Below, piece after piece: positions 26,130 through 39,551 of a stretch of 64,000 nt of DNA. How positions within the stretch are numbered: the first letter of the stretch is position 1; every line of letters starts with the position of its first letter. Source of the stretch: the human T2T-CHM13v2.0 reference genome, Homo sapiens; the NCBI RefSeq assembly GCF_009914755.1, contig NC_060926.1, one strand, 5' to 3'. The position numbers were made by a program, and so were the translations under genes. The notes under the pieces were generated by a model that saw only the letters and a program-made list of their open reading frames with translations, did not search any database and had not been told where the DNA came from.

Positions 26130-26500
26130 CAATTTTATTCATGAGAATGGGGATCCCCCAAGCACTCAGTTTGTCTGTCCTATTTCCCACTCTTCTTGAC
26201 TAGTTAGCTGTGGCCCTAGGCTGTGGATGTAAGCAAAGTATGCTTATTTGGGGCCAACATATGCAAGATCGGCTGCAAACTTCAAGCTGTCTTCCCCTGT
26301 CATGGTGATCAAGGATGTCTCACATTGAAGTGGTAGATGCACTAGATCAGAGCGATAAGAATCATTGAATTACTACGTGGAGGGCTACCCTGAAAAATTG
26401 CCAAGAACTGCAGTGGAATTTTCATGACTAAGAAATGCAAACCATTATTGCATCAACCTTCTAAGACATAGGTGTTATTACCAGAGCATATTCTAGCCTA
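26130..26500. mobile_element. MLT1 (MaLR) LTR, old
   Basis: MLT1J/K-like blocks; 3' end ggtgttattaccagagcatattctagccta. Confidence 0.55.
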
Positions 26501-26984
26501 AGAAAATGCTTACGCAGTATTATTTATAATATTAATCATATTACTTTACATTATTAATTATATTAATTTACATGTTTTGATGGATTTATAGCTTGCATAA
26601 GGCTTTCCTAATCATTAGCTTAGGAAATATTCTATGACTTGTACAACAATGCAACTGTGGGTACAGACAGTTTTGAGATGTGTTCTACTCAACATTTATG
26701 AATTTATGCTATTTTACTTTTGAGTTTGCATATCTTCTTTTAATAACATGTTTCTGCTTTTGTGTATGTCTTCTATCCTATTGCAACTTTTCATGTTATG
26801 TGATTTTAGTAGGCAACATTCAAATTTAGTTTTACTTGTAATAGCAAAAGTGAATTGTCTCAGAATGAGAACCTGAGAACCACCTTTCTAAATAAGCTAT
26901 TTTACTCTTAGTCCATAGAATTTGAAGCCTTTGTTTTCTATCAGAAATATTATCTCAATAATACTTCAAATTGCTTCCTGTCTA

Positions 26985-27294
<310 letters not shown>

Positions 27295-27419
27295 TAGTTT
27301 TAAGAGTGGTCCTGTGGCAATCCCTAGCTTCTCTATGTGTTTTTAAACTTAATTCCATCTTGTCTCTCTTTACTTCCTATCTACAGAACACTTCACTCTG
27401 TCTCGATTACTACATGGTG

Positions 27420-27880
27420 AATTGAAGTTCCAGTAGAGAGGGAGTTGAGCTGATACTGAGGAGGTATGTATGCTAATACTGCCCAGTACTAACTTGGTGT
27501 CCATTTTAGCAGAAGGCAAGTCACTGCGTTCCTTTTTTCAATCAGTAAAACTATAAGGCTGGGTTTGATTACCAATTAAGATTTTTCTGTATACCAAATT
27601 ATCTGGTCTTTGGAGAATGAAAAGCTGTTCAAATCTTATAATCAAGCAGCAAAGAAGTACTAGGTAACATATTTTCAGTATATGCTATGAGCCAGTTCAC
27701 AATGCCATGCACTTCACTATATCATCTCATTAAACAAATTTGTGAGATTCTCTTACAATTTCTGTTTCATACATGGGAACTGAGGCATAGAGAGTACCAT
27801 GCTCAGGGTCATGGAAGGAGTAAGCACTGAAACCGGCAGTTGCATCTGAGTGTATCTGACTCCTGGATCTCAGGTCTTCT
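27420..27880. mobile_element. Two MIR fragments
   Basis: MIR core-like segments in opposite orientations. Confidence 0.5.
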
Positions 27881-28654
27881 ACAAGCAAACAGGAGTAGTT
27901 GCTACATAGGCCCTCAGAAAATTAACACAATAAATAATAGGTGCTGTAGTTTGTACCAGAAGCCAGGCACATTTCTGCCCTTGGTTGCAGCCTCTTCTGC
28001 CCAGATATTGTCGGTCCATACTTTCACAACCTGTCGTCTCATGGTTAAGGAATCCCTCAGGAGCAGCAGCCACTGCAGCTTCTGGGCTGGCTAGCCACCC
28101 TTCTGTAGATTCCATGGGTGGGGAATGGATCTAGACAGCCTATTAGTCACAGCACAACAGGCAGCATGAGCTTCTTGTTGCATCGGTTCCATATGTCCCC
28201 AAGGTAGGCCCAGGTGATTGCCATGTACAATGGGGTCTGCATCACAGCTGAGGAACATGGGGTGCCAAACCCCTAACCTTAATGGGGCTGCTAGCAAACC
28301 TGCCCAAACTTTGTTTCTGAAGGAGACACTATCCTTATTATCTTGATCACAAAACAAGTCTGCCCTTTGCCCTTAAGGGAGACACTAGCTTCTAATGCTG
28401 CTAGATAAATGTAGTCTGAGATGCAGAGACACCATAGAGAACTGCATCCTGACAATTCCTAAAGGTGAAAATGTGGCCAGAAGCAAACTCTATTCATATA
28501 TGTGTCCATCTGGTGGGCTTCCATAGCATTTGCCTTGCTCAGACTTCTCTTCACAGCCAAGAAGGATGATACAACGTAGAGCATGGAGTGTGGATGAGAA
28601 GTCCCCACAAGTTCCCCAGAAGGCTATTTTTCTCTGGAGCAGATAGTCTGAGTG

Positions 28655-29120
28655 TAGATTGGTATAATCCATTTGGAAAACATTTTGGTAATATGAAGAA
28701 AAAGACATATAAGTACATTGATACACATTCAATGGAAATTACAGGTCTTGGAATCAATTCCCAAAGGCATAATTCAAAACTCTTGGGAAGACCCACAAAA
28801 ATAGATCCTTTATGTAGCAAAAAGGTGATCATAACTTAAGAATAGGAGAATAGATATGATATAGTGTACTTTCTTGATGAATTATTATCTTTTTACTTAA
28901 AATGATGGCTATGGACTCCAATAATAAGAAAAATGTCTATGACATAATGTTATATGAAAAACTGGGTTTAAACTGTGTATATAATATGAATACAAATGTG
29001 GTAAGACACTCACTCCTAAGGGGAAAAGGTTTGAAGAAAATTCATTAACTCCTAAGCATTTGTTGAATTAGACTGAGAGAATGAAGAATGACTTTTTTTC
29101 TCTTTTTATAATTCCCTGCT
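28655..29120 (+). mobile_element. Ancient L1M 3' fragment
   Basis: gtagattggtataatccatttggaaaacattttggtaata. Confidence 0.55.
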
Positions 29121-29387
29121 AACTTTAGACACATAGTTAGATTTTAAAAGGAAAAATATGTATAAGGCTAAAAAGAAAAAAAATCGTAGTGATGTATTAA
29201 TGCCCTCTCTAGACCTAAATCAGAAACCACCAAGCATTTTTCTTCTTTTTAATGTTGTCTTTTCATTTTTTAGGTTTATTAATTAAAATCTCTCCATTAA
29301 ACCTATTTGTCTGCCCAGCATAAAACAGCATCCGGGCCTCTAAAGAGAAGTCATGGGACAAACTACCTGCCCAGGGCTCACTGTTGA

Positions 29388-29777
<390 letters not shown>

Positions 29778-29789
29778 GATCTTTCTTTT

Positions 29790-30260
29790 CTCTACAGGAA
29801 TCCCCCCAGGAATAAAATGCAAATTTGCGTGGGTATTGCAAGGTCCTTAGAAGTTAGTATTGACTCCTTCATAATCCTCTGGCCCTACCCATCATTAATA
29901 GAGCCTTCCATTAACAGCATCTCCCCGCCTAAGCATGCTGGGTCCCACCTCGCGACCACCCCTTACTCTAACTGGACCCACACAGAAATTTTTCAAGCTC
30001 CTAGAATGTTCCAGGGTCTCTGGCTTCCGAATCTATCACCTACAGTTCTATCTGCCCAGAACTCTCTGCCTCCCCAATTCACTCTCACCAAGCTAGCTGT
30101 TTCCTGATTAAAATTGCTTTCTTCATGACAAAACCCTGTACTCCAGATCCCCCAGTCTGGATCAGGCACCCCTGCTGGGTCTCCTCCCTAGGAGCCTTCA
30201 CCTTAGTCCCTGCCGTTACCTGAGTCTCATCGCCCTCGTGGTGCTCTCAAATGCTCCCTC
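29790..30260 (+). mobile_element. L2 LINE fragment
   Basis: gaataaaatgcaaatt...caaggtcctt...tctgcccagaactctctgcc. Confidence 0.55.
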
Positions 30261-32987
30261 CACAGTCTGGGAGGTTTTCACTGGGGACTATCCTGGAAAA
30301 GGCGTAACATGTGATTCTAAGAGGTGACAGTGAGCACCCACATGTCATCTCAAACTGCTGAGAACAGGGAAGGCAGGTGAAGGTCCCGCTTCTATTGTTT
30401 TGTAACAACATAAAAGCACAGTTTATTTCCTACATAAATTTTATTTTCTAAAGAGGCCTTGGGTACTGAGATGTGAGATGGACTTCACGGAGAGCTGGCT
30501 GCATCACGAGCCCCAAAGGGTAAGAATCAGGCCTGGGACAGAGCACTCACACACATACCGTGTGCTCACAGGTAAGGGCAGGAGTGCGCAGCAAAGAAAG
30601 CTTCACATGGCTCCCATGTAACCTGACTTTTATCTCTGCTTTCACAGAATGAGGCATAAAACTACCAGCTAGGCACTCGCCTTCCTTTCTATTTAAATTT
30701 GCTGTATTGGAATGCGTTTCTATGTCTCACCTAAGTTATTGTCTCATAGTGCTTGGATAAACTTTGTTTTCCATTATCTTCCTAAAAATAAACTTCTTGA
30801 AATACTGTGTGTTAAATCATCTCAACTTACATCTGAGGTAATCAGGCTTTTGGTAAATTCATGAAGTATTTGTTCCAAGTGTTGGAAATTCACCCTTGAA
30901 GTCTCATCTCTGAGTGAAATGTCTGCCTTAGAGAATAACAATGATCACAGCACCCCAGGACTTCTCCTGTGTCAGTGGTTCTCCTCCCTCACCATCTAAG
31001 GGGAGGGGGAGAGAAACACCTGCTCTCTCATGGCAGCTCCACACCCCTCCCCACATCTGACTTCCTCCTTGGTGGAGAATTACTGAGCATTCCTGTTAAG
31101 AATACAGCACATCTGACAAATAGATTGAATTGAAAAATGTATAAAATCATCTAATTGTTAATTGGAGAACTAGGTAAAATCCTTAATATGTAGAGAAATT
31201 TAAACATACTTTTATAGGTTTATATGTATTTGGACAAAGATTTTTTTGTTTTTCTCCAGGCTAAAACACCCATAACCATCATCTTTGGTGAGGAGAAAAG
31301 ACAGATATTTTAAAAAAATTTGTGTGATGAGAATTTATTTATTCAAATATTGTTTTTTTCTTATTTTCAATCTTCATTTTTTCCCTAAAGATAAATACCC
31401 ATCACTGTATACATCTACTTCTTGGAATTTGCAAGGGAACCAGTCAACAGATTTTTCAAGCCTTATAAGTTTATCTGCCTGAGAAGTTCACCAGCTACAT
31501 AACATCCTGGACTCTGGAGCCCAAGAGATGTGTAGTTTCCATTTTGGAGCCATTTTCTTTGATAAATAAGTAGTGAGGCTGCCATTCTTGTCAAAGTTGA
31601 GGACCACAACCTTACTCATGAAACTGAAAGATTGTTTGTTATGAGGAGTTCTGTTTGAGCCATACAAGCAATATATCCTTTTTAAAGAAATGTATCCGGA
31701 ATCTTAGGTGTTCATTGCTCCAAGCCATGTGCAGAATAAAAAGAAAACAAAAAACAAAAAACAGGAAGTGTGAATATTTTTGACCAATACAGTGATTACA
31801 CTCCATTCCCCAAAAGATTGCCTACAAATGTGTCTAAGCTAGAAATCATCTACAGTCCATACTACGGGGTGGATCAATGGTGATTTCATCAGCACCAGCC
31901 CAGCTGCTCCATGACAGAGAGGCCTGCATGCCGCCCTCCATCTTCCACCTGTCCACGGCTGACACACGGTGGGAAAGGGTTTTGCTGACATTGGTGATCT
32001 GAGCTGAAAATGTGAAGCCACCTTTTGGCATATAATTCATATTGGTTTTTCAATCATTTGTGTCTGTGTGTTTTCTTTTTGTTGCATTTTTTTTCCCTTC
32101 TTAAGAAACTCGTCATGTGGTATTGAAGGTGACCTGACTATGGCAAAGAGCATGTTCTGTGTGGTTTGCCTTTCCACCCACGCACAACACACTTTGCAGA
32201 CTTGACAGGGATGGATCAGCCCCACAGAAGAGAAAACAGAAAACCAAAAAATACCCCTCCTCTGAAAAATACCCCCGGTGTGAAACTCTTTCTGAGAAAG
32301 ACTGGCCCTTTTCTTTAATGTAAAAAAATATATATAACAAAAATAGATTTCTTCTCAAGACTCTTGTTTATTCAGATGATATCAATTCTGTTTCCAGCAC
32401 AACATGTTGTAGCTGCTACTCAGAGATTTTTAGAAAGTCAGATCAACGCGACTGCAATGGGTTTTTGCCGTGAGTGAGCTGTGCTTCTCACTTGCTTACT
32501 AGAAGGTAAATGCGTAATTATACAGCACACTCACGGAACAGCAGTGAACTTTATGGGCGTATTTCTAAAACAGTCTGTTTACATCAACGGTGCTATACAA
32601 GTAACAAATAATAATAACAGTGTGAAGAAAATTAGCTCCTTAGGATGCATAACAGTTAATATGTAGCTCTGTATAATTAATATCCTGCAATTTAATGTGT
32701 TACTCATTTTCTTTTTTCCCTTCCCCTTTACTAGGAAGAAAGAAACAGAATTTGTTTAATTAAATATGGCATTTTCACAGTAGTATCAAGCCATAATATA
32801 TCAGGCTGAATTAATCTGATTTCCTACCCCATCAACTTGACATTGGGCATCAGTTTATGCCCGACTTCCACTATACCCACTTAGAATATGTAAATGTTGT
32901 CACCTCCTCATTGTTATTTCTATCTCCATGCCTAACAAATGTGTAGAGAGTTCTCTCCTCTTTCAAATAATTGTATATACATTTAAT

Positions 32988-33193
32988 CAGTGGTTTTCAA
33001 CTGGGGCCAATTTTGCTCTTCCAGGGGACATTTGGCGAAGTCTGGAGACATCTTTGGCTGCTATAACTAGGGAAGGAGGGAGTTCTATTAGCGTCTGGTG
33101 GGGAAAGGCCAGGGACCCCTGCCATGCCCAGGCACACCTCCACAGCAACTATTCAGCTCAAAGTGTCAGTAGCATTGAGGTTGAGATCCCCTG
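32988..33193. mobile_element. MER20 DNA transposon
   Basis: cagtggttttcaactggggccaattttgc...ggggacatttggc...gaggttgagatcccctg. Confidence 0.9.
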
Positions 33194-33199
33194 CATTAG

Positions 33200-33385
33200 C
33201 TCCTTGATCTTTAAAACCATCCTCCAAGGTAGGGATTGTTATCAGTCTCCTCATTTTATGCATGAAATTAAACAAAACAAAACTTAGGCCCAGATGAGCC
33301 AAGAGATTTGTATCCAGGATAATCACAGGGCACAAAGTGAAGGACTTGGGTCTTGAATTCAGGACTCGAGTCTAAATCCTTCCAC
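33200..33385. mobile_element. MIR SINE
   Basis: ggtagggattgttatc...cattttatgcatga...acttaggcccaga. Confidence 0.6.
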
Positions 33386-35274
33386 ACTTGCCCCAGCCTT
33401 TTTTTTTTTCTTGCATTAGTCCTGCTTGCATAAGGCACTTTTGTTTACTGTAGCTGGCAACATATGTGCTCTACAGAAGTGTGTGGGGGCACATGTATTT
33501 TCCTGACATTCACACTCTTATTCTAGCAAACAGTTCCTAGGAGGCAAACAAGTCTGACTTGAGGCAAAATTGTGAGAAAAAGCCAAGCCCATCTTTGCGC
33601 TTGTGTCCTCCTGTGTTTGTCAGTGCTGCCCCCAACGAAGTGGCCACCCTAGAGAGTCCACTGCTGTGTGTTCTCATTCTTTCCTGGCCAGGGATACTTA
33701 ACCCCACCCATCAATGCATCTCACTTGTAAAATGTATACCAGACCCATATTGCAGCTAATCAACGAGCCAGGCGGAAAGATGGTATGCTCAGAATGTGGG
33801 CATTTCCTGGTAAGCAGGAAAGGCTTCCTGGCCTCTTCAAAGCAGATCAGATTCCTATCGAAGCCTGTCCTCTTTTCTGAGGTGTCAGGGCCACGCACGT
33901 TGTGGCTTTTCAATGGAAACATGGTACCTGTCAAATTCAGGAAGGCGTTTTCCTACTGCCAAATGAGCTCTCCATGCTCCCCAAAACAACACTCACGAAA
34001 AGCTGCCCAAAGCTAGGGATACAGAGGAGAGGGCTACTTTTTAGAGTGACTTCTAACAAACCATTTTTCCACAAGACAAAAGAGCAGAGAGATTCAGTTG
34101 TGTGTTCATCCTGTGGTCTACAATAACAGCAGCCCCTCCACCGTCAGCACCGCCCATGCTATCATGCCTCTGCCTTCTCTCTAGAGCAGTGCACTCCCGG
34201 AACACACTGGGAAGGGGCCCTTCCTCTAAACTATCTAGCTGTCACTGTCACCACTTAATAAACAGTTAAAATGCAGTGACTCAGATTGCAAGTGTCAGTT
34301 TGGCCTGGGTGATTGTCAAATGGACCCATCCCAGCTAATTTAGGTCTTCCGTGGCTCTACTCAGGATGCCTAAAGGCAGGCCTGATGCCTACACATCCTG
34401 GCAAATTCCAGGAGCAAGGGGGGCAAGAAAAGTGCATGGAGAGTGCATCCGGGCATGGTGGCATCCAGGTGTGAGTGACGTGGAAGAAAGACTTGGGAAG
34501 GAGGAGCCACGTGCTCTCAATCAGTGAGTAATTTATGGTCTGTGCTCCAAAAACAGCAGCAGTCCCCCTTCTCCTACAACCTCTGGAGGCAGAACCCATG
34601 GCTCTGCCATGTCAGGTCTCTCCACACCTGCTGTGACAAGCAGGAGAGAAGAGAGTGTTTGTCACTCAAGGGAGTTCTTCATGGACGGCTTGCACTTGCC
34701 GTCGTGAGCCAGCTGGTCCCATCACTCCTTGTACAAGGGGCTTCTCTCCTACGCTCACTTAATTCAGTCAAATAGCATCCATGTGTGGTTCTGGGCCACA
34801 TTCTATCATCCAGAGTGGCTCATTAAGGATGCCCAAGTGGGGTGAAGAGTGTCTGCAAGTAATTTTGTAAATTTTAACAAACTTAACAAGAAACAGTCTA
34901 AAGCATTCAAAACACAAAATCGACCAAGTGCCTGCTACAGGCCAGGCACTGTGCTGGGCTCTGAGGCTGCTCCAGCATAATCCTTGAGCTCAGAAGTTTC
35001 AGAGGAAGCAACCAGTTGCCAAATAACTCTATGTACATAATAATAAGATACATGGGATTCTTAAGAAGAAAAAGAATTTCTATCACTGAATACTGGAGAC
35101 AGGAGATTTGGTGTTGGTAACAGAGAGTATAAACCACAAAGTGCACATGACTTACTGACTTCAAGGTGTGTGGCCAGCCAACAGGTATTCTTGACATCCT
35201 TAGCATAGAACATTTTGGAAACATTGTGCTTATTATCCCCATCACCAGCCTTTGCATTGTTGTTTATTTCTTAA

Positions 35275-35327
35275 TTCCACATTTATTCATCTTTCCACAT
35301 TTATTTATCTTTCCACATTTATTCATC
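35275..35327. repeat. 18-bp tandem repeat x3
   Basis: ttccacatttatt(c/t)atct at 35275, 35293 and 35311. Confidence 0.9.
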
Positions 35328-35944
35328 AAGCTTATTCATGTTTCCAGCCTATTTTAGGGCAAAACATTACCTTGAATTTTGTATTTCATGGATGTTCCGA
35401 TCTGGGTTTTTTTCTGTTCTTTAGACCCGATTGAAATACTATCTCCTCCAGGAAGTTCCCACTGAATGCTTCTGGGATCCAATAATCTATACAGAGTGCC
35501 CACTCTTTATTTGCAGGTTTTTAACTCACACATCACTTTTTATTTTTTATCATACGAATTAGGTTTACTGTTGTGCAAATTGCTTTATCCAGTTCACATT
35601 CTTACAATCATGAGAAGAATAAGTATATCCAGAAAAATGCTAAACATGTACAAGTTAGTCTTTGGATTCATTGTCACTGAAATCTCACCAGCGCTTTCCA
35701 TGATCCCCTTACAACACTGCCCTTCCTCCATCCCCACGAAAGTCAGGCCCTTCCCACCATGTGCTGGCATAGAATCCTGAATATGTCCCTTCCAGAGCCC
35801 TTAGAAATGACACTGCCATTTGTATTTTTGTGGTTCTCTTTCTCTCTGATGAAACTTGAGTCCTAAAGAACAGAGACTGAATCTGGTTTGCGCCGCATCT
35901 TGTTTAGGGCCAGATAAACAGGAGGAAATTAGTGTTCATGTTGA

Positions 35945-36640
35945 CTGCATGTAGGTTTCTGTGTGTAGGTTTCTGTATGTAGGTTTCTGTATGGGGGCAT
36001 CTGCGTGTGGGCATCTGCGAGTGTGTATCTGCATGTGGGTATCTGCATGTGTGTATCTGCATGTGGGTATCTGCACGTGGGTATCCGTGTGTGGGCATCT
36101 GCATGTGGGCATCTGTATTCTGCATGTGGGTATCTGCATGTAGGTATCTGCATGTTGGCATCTGTGTGTAGGTGTCTGTATGTGGGCATCTGCACGTCGG
36201 TATCTGCATGTAGGTATCTGCATGTCGGCATCTGTGTGTAGGTGTCTGTATGTGGGCATCTGCACGTGGGTATCTGCATGTAGGCATTTGCATATGGACA
36301 GCTACATGTGGATATCTTCATTCTGCATGTGGGCATCTGCATGTGGGTATCTGCATGTGGGCATCTGCATTCTGCACATGGGTATCTGCATGTGGACATT
36401 AGCATGTGGGCAGCTGCATGTGCATATCTGCATGTGGGCATCTGCATGTGGGTATCTGCATGTGGGTATCTGCATGTGGGCATCTGCATTCTGCATGTGG
36501 GTATCTGCATGTGGGTATCTGCATGTGGGTATCTGCATGTGGGCATCTGCGTGTGGGTATCTGCATGTGGGTATCTGCTTGTGGACATTAGCATGTGGGC
36601 AGCTGCATGTGGATATCTGCTTCTAGGTAACTGCATGCAG
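35945..36640. repeat. Minisatellite, 14-bp unit (consensus ATCTGCATGTGGGY), ~50 units
   Basis: Directly visible tandem array with variant units and an internal 70-bp (5-unit) duplication. Confidence 0.97.
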
Positions 36641-37194
36641 GTGTCTGTTACTCACATGGGCAGTAGCTCTGAGGAGCCAGCACAAAGTCCTGAGGCTGGA
36701 AGCCTGGGACATCCCACTATTTATGTTACACAGATAAGTAGTAATATGCTTGAAACAAATCGTTCAAATCATTCATCACACCGGAAACGTCTTACTATGA
36801 GTAAATTCCACCCGTACATAAACAATTTTTGTTTTGTTCTTTAACCCAAACTTATGGACTGACCTTCAAGTAGCAATCTGAGTTTTAACTTTGAACTGTG
36901 TCTCTCATTAAGTGTTGAAAGCCAGCTGAGCAATTAGCATTTGAGGAAGTTAGTGTCAGATGTGACCCATGGATGCCTGTGTCCAGAGCTTCGAAATCCT
37001 GTCTTCTTATTAGGCTAAACCCTTGGATAACACACAGACCTTATTAGTGAGCCTCAGTAAACTATCATCCCTGAGTTACCTCTGAAACTCATGATGGCTA
37101 CATTTTTTTGGAATATTTTTGTAAATAATTACCATATAGAATACATATCTGTCTGTTTTATACAGTTTCATGATAGGCATCTCCGTTGTAACCA

Positions 37195-37420
37195 AGAAAG
37201 GTAGTATAACATGGCTGGGAACAACGGATCACTGTCTTGGATCCCATGCCCATGGGTACTTCCTCTTTGACTAGCTGTGCATGAACTTGACTAGGCACTT
37301 ACCCGTGCAAACTTCCGTGCCTTCTTTGTCCAAAAACGATAATAAGAATTATCTCTGTGGTTGTGAAACTGAGTAAAATTAATATATAAAATGGCATACA
37401 TGGCCAGGACATAATTAAAA
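37195..37420. mobile_element. MIR SINE
   Basis: ggtagtataacatggctgggaa...ctagctgtgcatgaacttgactaggcactt. Confidence 0.6.
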
Positions 37421-37856
37421 ATCACTTTTTATTATGCTTTTGTTCAATGTCAATGTACATTATCCTTTTAGTCACTGTTTAGTAACAGATAATAAAGTAA
37501 AATGAAAAATGCCAGTTTTTCTTTTGGCTGCTATGAAGCTCAGAGCAAATGTTTAATCCTTAGTCACAGTAGTTATCTGAATCTGGATGTTCATTATATG
37601 GCTTTTCTCTTCCTCTCACATTATTTTTGTTTTTATTTGACATTTAGATTTCTGAAGTCCATATTTTATCCAAACAACACATTTTCAGAGTAGATGAGAT
37701 AGGTTCTATAAATAAGTAAATACATAATTTTTATTTATATAAACAGAAAATATAGGCTCCCTGTCATGTAGGACTTACAATATTGTTAGGGTAAGAAAAT
37801 ACACACAAAGTAAAATTATAGATGTCTGCGTGTACACGCACACACACACACAAATG

Positions 37857-38031
37857 CAGAGTGCTGTGACTGTAGCTTTCACAGCTGGCTCTCCGAAAAC
37901 AACAACGAAACCCCTCATTTGTAGGGTTTGCCAATTTCCATGGTGTCAATATTCTTACCATGGCTAATTTTAAGCTCCCACTCATTTAAGAACTGGCTCA
38001 TACAATTCCGAAAGTACGAGTTGGCTCTGCA
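37857..38031. mobile_element. MER63-like hAT-Blackjack DNA transposon
   Basis: atttgtagggtttgccaatttccatggtgtcaatattcttaccatggctaattttaagct. Confidence 0.75.
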
Positions 38032-38224
38032 GAAAGATGCTGAAGTGGCCTAGTCTCGAAGTGGGAACTCAATTCAGAAAAGAAGGGCTACACGTCTATG
38101 GACCAAGAGAGTCTAAGAAAGTCTTGGGGAGCATAGACAACCTGAGGTGCATCTTAACAGACTCATATCATTTGGAAATAAATAAAGACAGGTGAAAAAG
38201 TTCTAGCACCTGTGTGTAGCCAGC

Positions 38225-38910
38225 TCACTCATTCATTGTGTATCACTGCTTTGTTTATTCAAACCATTTTTTAAAAATTATGACCAGACACCACGCACTG
38301 GCCAAAGAGTTTTAAAACGTGGAATTTTAATCCCCGCCCTCAAGGACAGGAGGCCAGAGAGTTGTAAAGTGTAAAGTAATGTGGAAACAAGGGGAGAGCC
38401 ACATGACACTCTCCGGGTGATATCCGAGGAGAGTGGTTAACCTGCCTGGTAGGGAAGGGCAGGGAGCTTTGTGAGGTTGTGACCGAGGCTGAGAGGCAGG
38501 CAGGCGAAGCGCATTCCAGCTGGAGAGTCTTTGAGTGAAATAAAAAGTAGAGGACGCATGGAGTGTGGACAGCTCCAAGCACGTCCCTGTTGTGACATGA
38601 CATGCATGCTAGGCACAGGCAGGAGCAAGAAATGTGTCAGGGACGCGGGAGACGCAGATTCTGAAGGATCTCAGGGCCCTGGAAAAGAGCATGTCGTTTC
38701 AGCAAGTCTCGACGCACCACTGCTGCGATTGAGCAGTGATCAGAATTGCATTTTAGATCAGCCACGTGAATGGATTCGCTGTCTGTGTTGCCTTTGAATG
38801 GCTGAGCGCAGAGGTATGAGACCCCTGTAAAGGCCATTTCCAGCGTCCAGGCAAGAATTGGTGAGAGCTCAAACAGAGTAACAGAATCAGGGATGGAGAG
38901 GAATCTACAA
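38225..38910 (-). mobile_element. L2 LINE fragment, CpG-enriched
   Basis: L2 blocks (gagagtctttgagtgaa...; gagcagtgatcagaattgcattttagatcagccac; aggccatttccagcgtccaggcaaga). Confidence 0.7.
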
Positions 38911-39260
38911 ACTGTGCAGTTCATAACTTGTCTCTCAGTTTGACCTTTTTACTCAGCTTATACTGTAAGCCAAGCAATATCATTATCTATAAATTTAGGT
39001 TTACATTTTAAAAGAAAATAACATGATTTTTTATTAGCTAGTTTTGAACAGTCTTGTTTTGTTAACTTTCTGTTTATTCATGCAACAGACTCTCTGACAG
39101 ATACATTAACCTGGAAGGCATTTTACATACATCGTATTCCTGTTTTGATACAACCTATAATAATAATTTTCAATTTTTCTTTTACATTAAAAATAACACA
39201 TTTGTTACTAGATGAGTTTTATGTCAGTTGGGTAAGATAATAATTCAAAATTTTACTGAA

Positions 39261-39551
39261 TTTTTTTGTTTGCGACAGTTTGGCTCTGTCACCCAGGCTG
39301 GAGTGCCTGGCATGATCTTGGCTCACTGCAACCTCTGCCTCCTGGGTTCAAGCGATTCTCGTGCTTCAGCCACCCGAGGAGCTGGGATTACAGGTATTCA
39401 CCATCACACCCGTCTAATTTTTGTATTTTTTTGTAGAGATGAGGTTTCATCATGTTGACTAAGCTGGTCTTGAACTCCTAGCCTCATGTGATCCACCCTC
39501 CTTGGCCTCTCAAAGTGCTGGGATTATAGGCATATGCCTCTGAACCTGGCC
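39261..39551 (-). mobile_element. Old Alu SINE (J/early S)
   Basis: Diverged antisense dimer. Confidence 0.9.

Noticed and set aside
31735-31762. AATAAA followed by an A-rich run as a processed-pseudogene tail
   Set aside because: No upstream coding homology or TSD visible
35945-36640. CRISPR-like array
   Set aside because: Head-to-tail units with no unique spacers; eukaryotic context; no cas genes
35904-36844. Multiple repetitive ORFs (up to 235 aa, MQIPTCRYPHADTH / CGYLHVGICMW)
   Set aside because: Artefact of a 14-bp repeat that lacks stop codons in most frames
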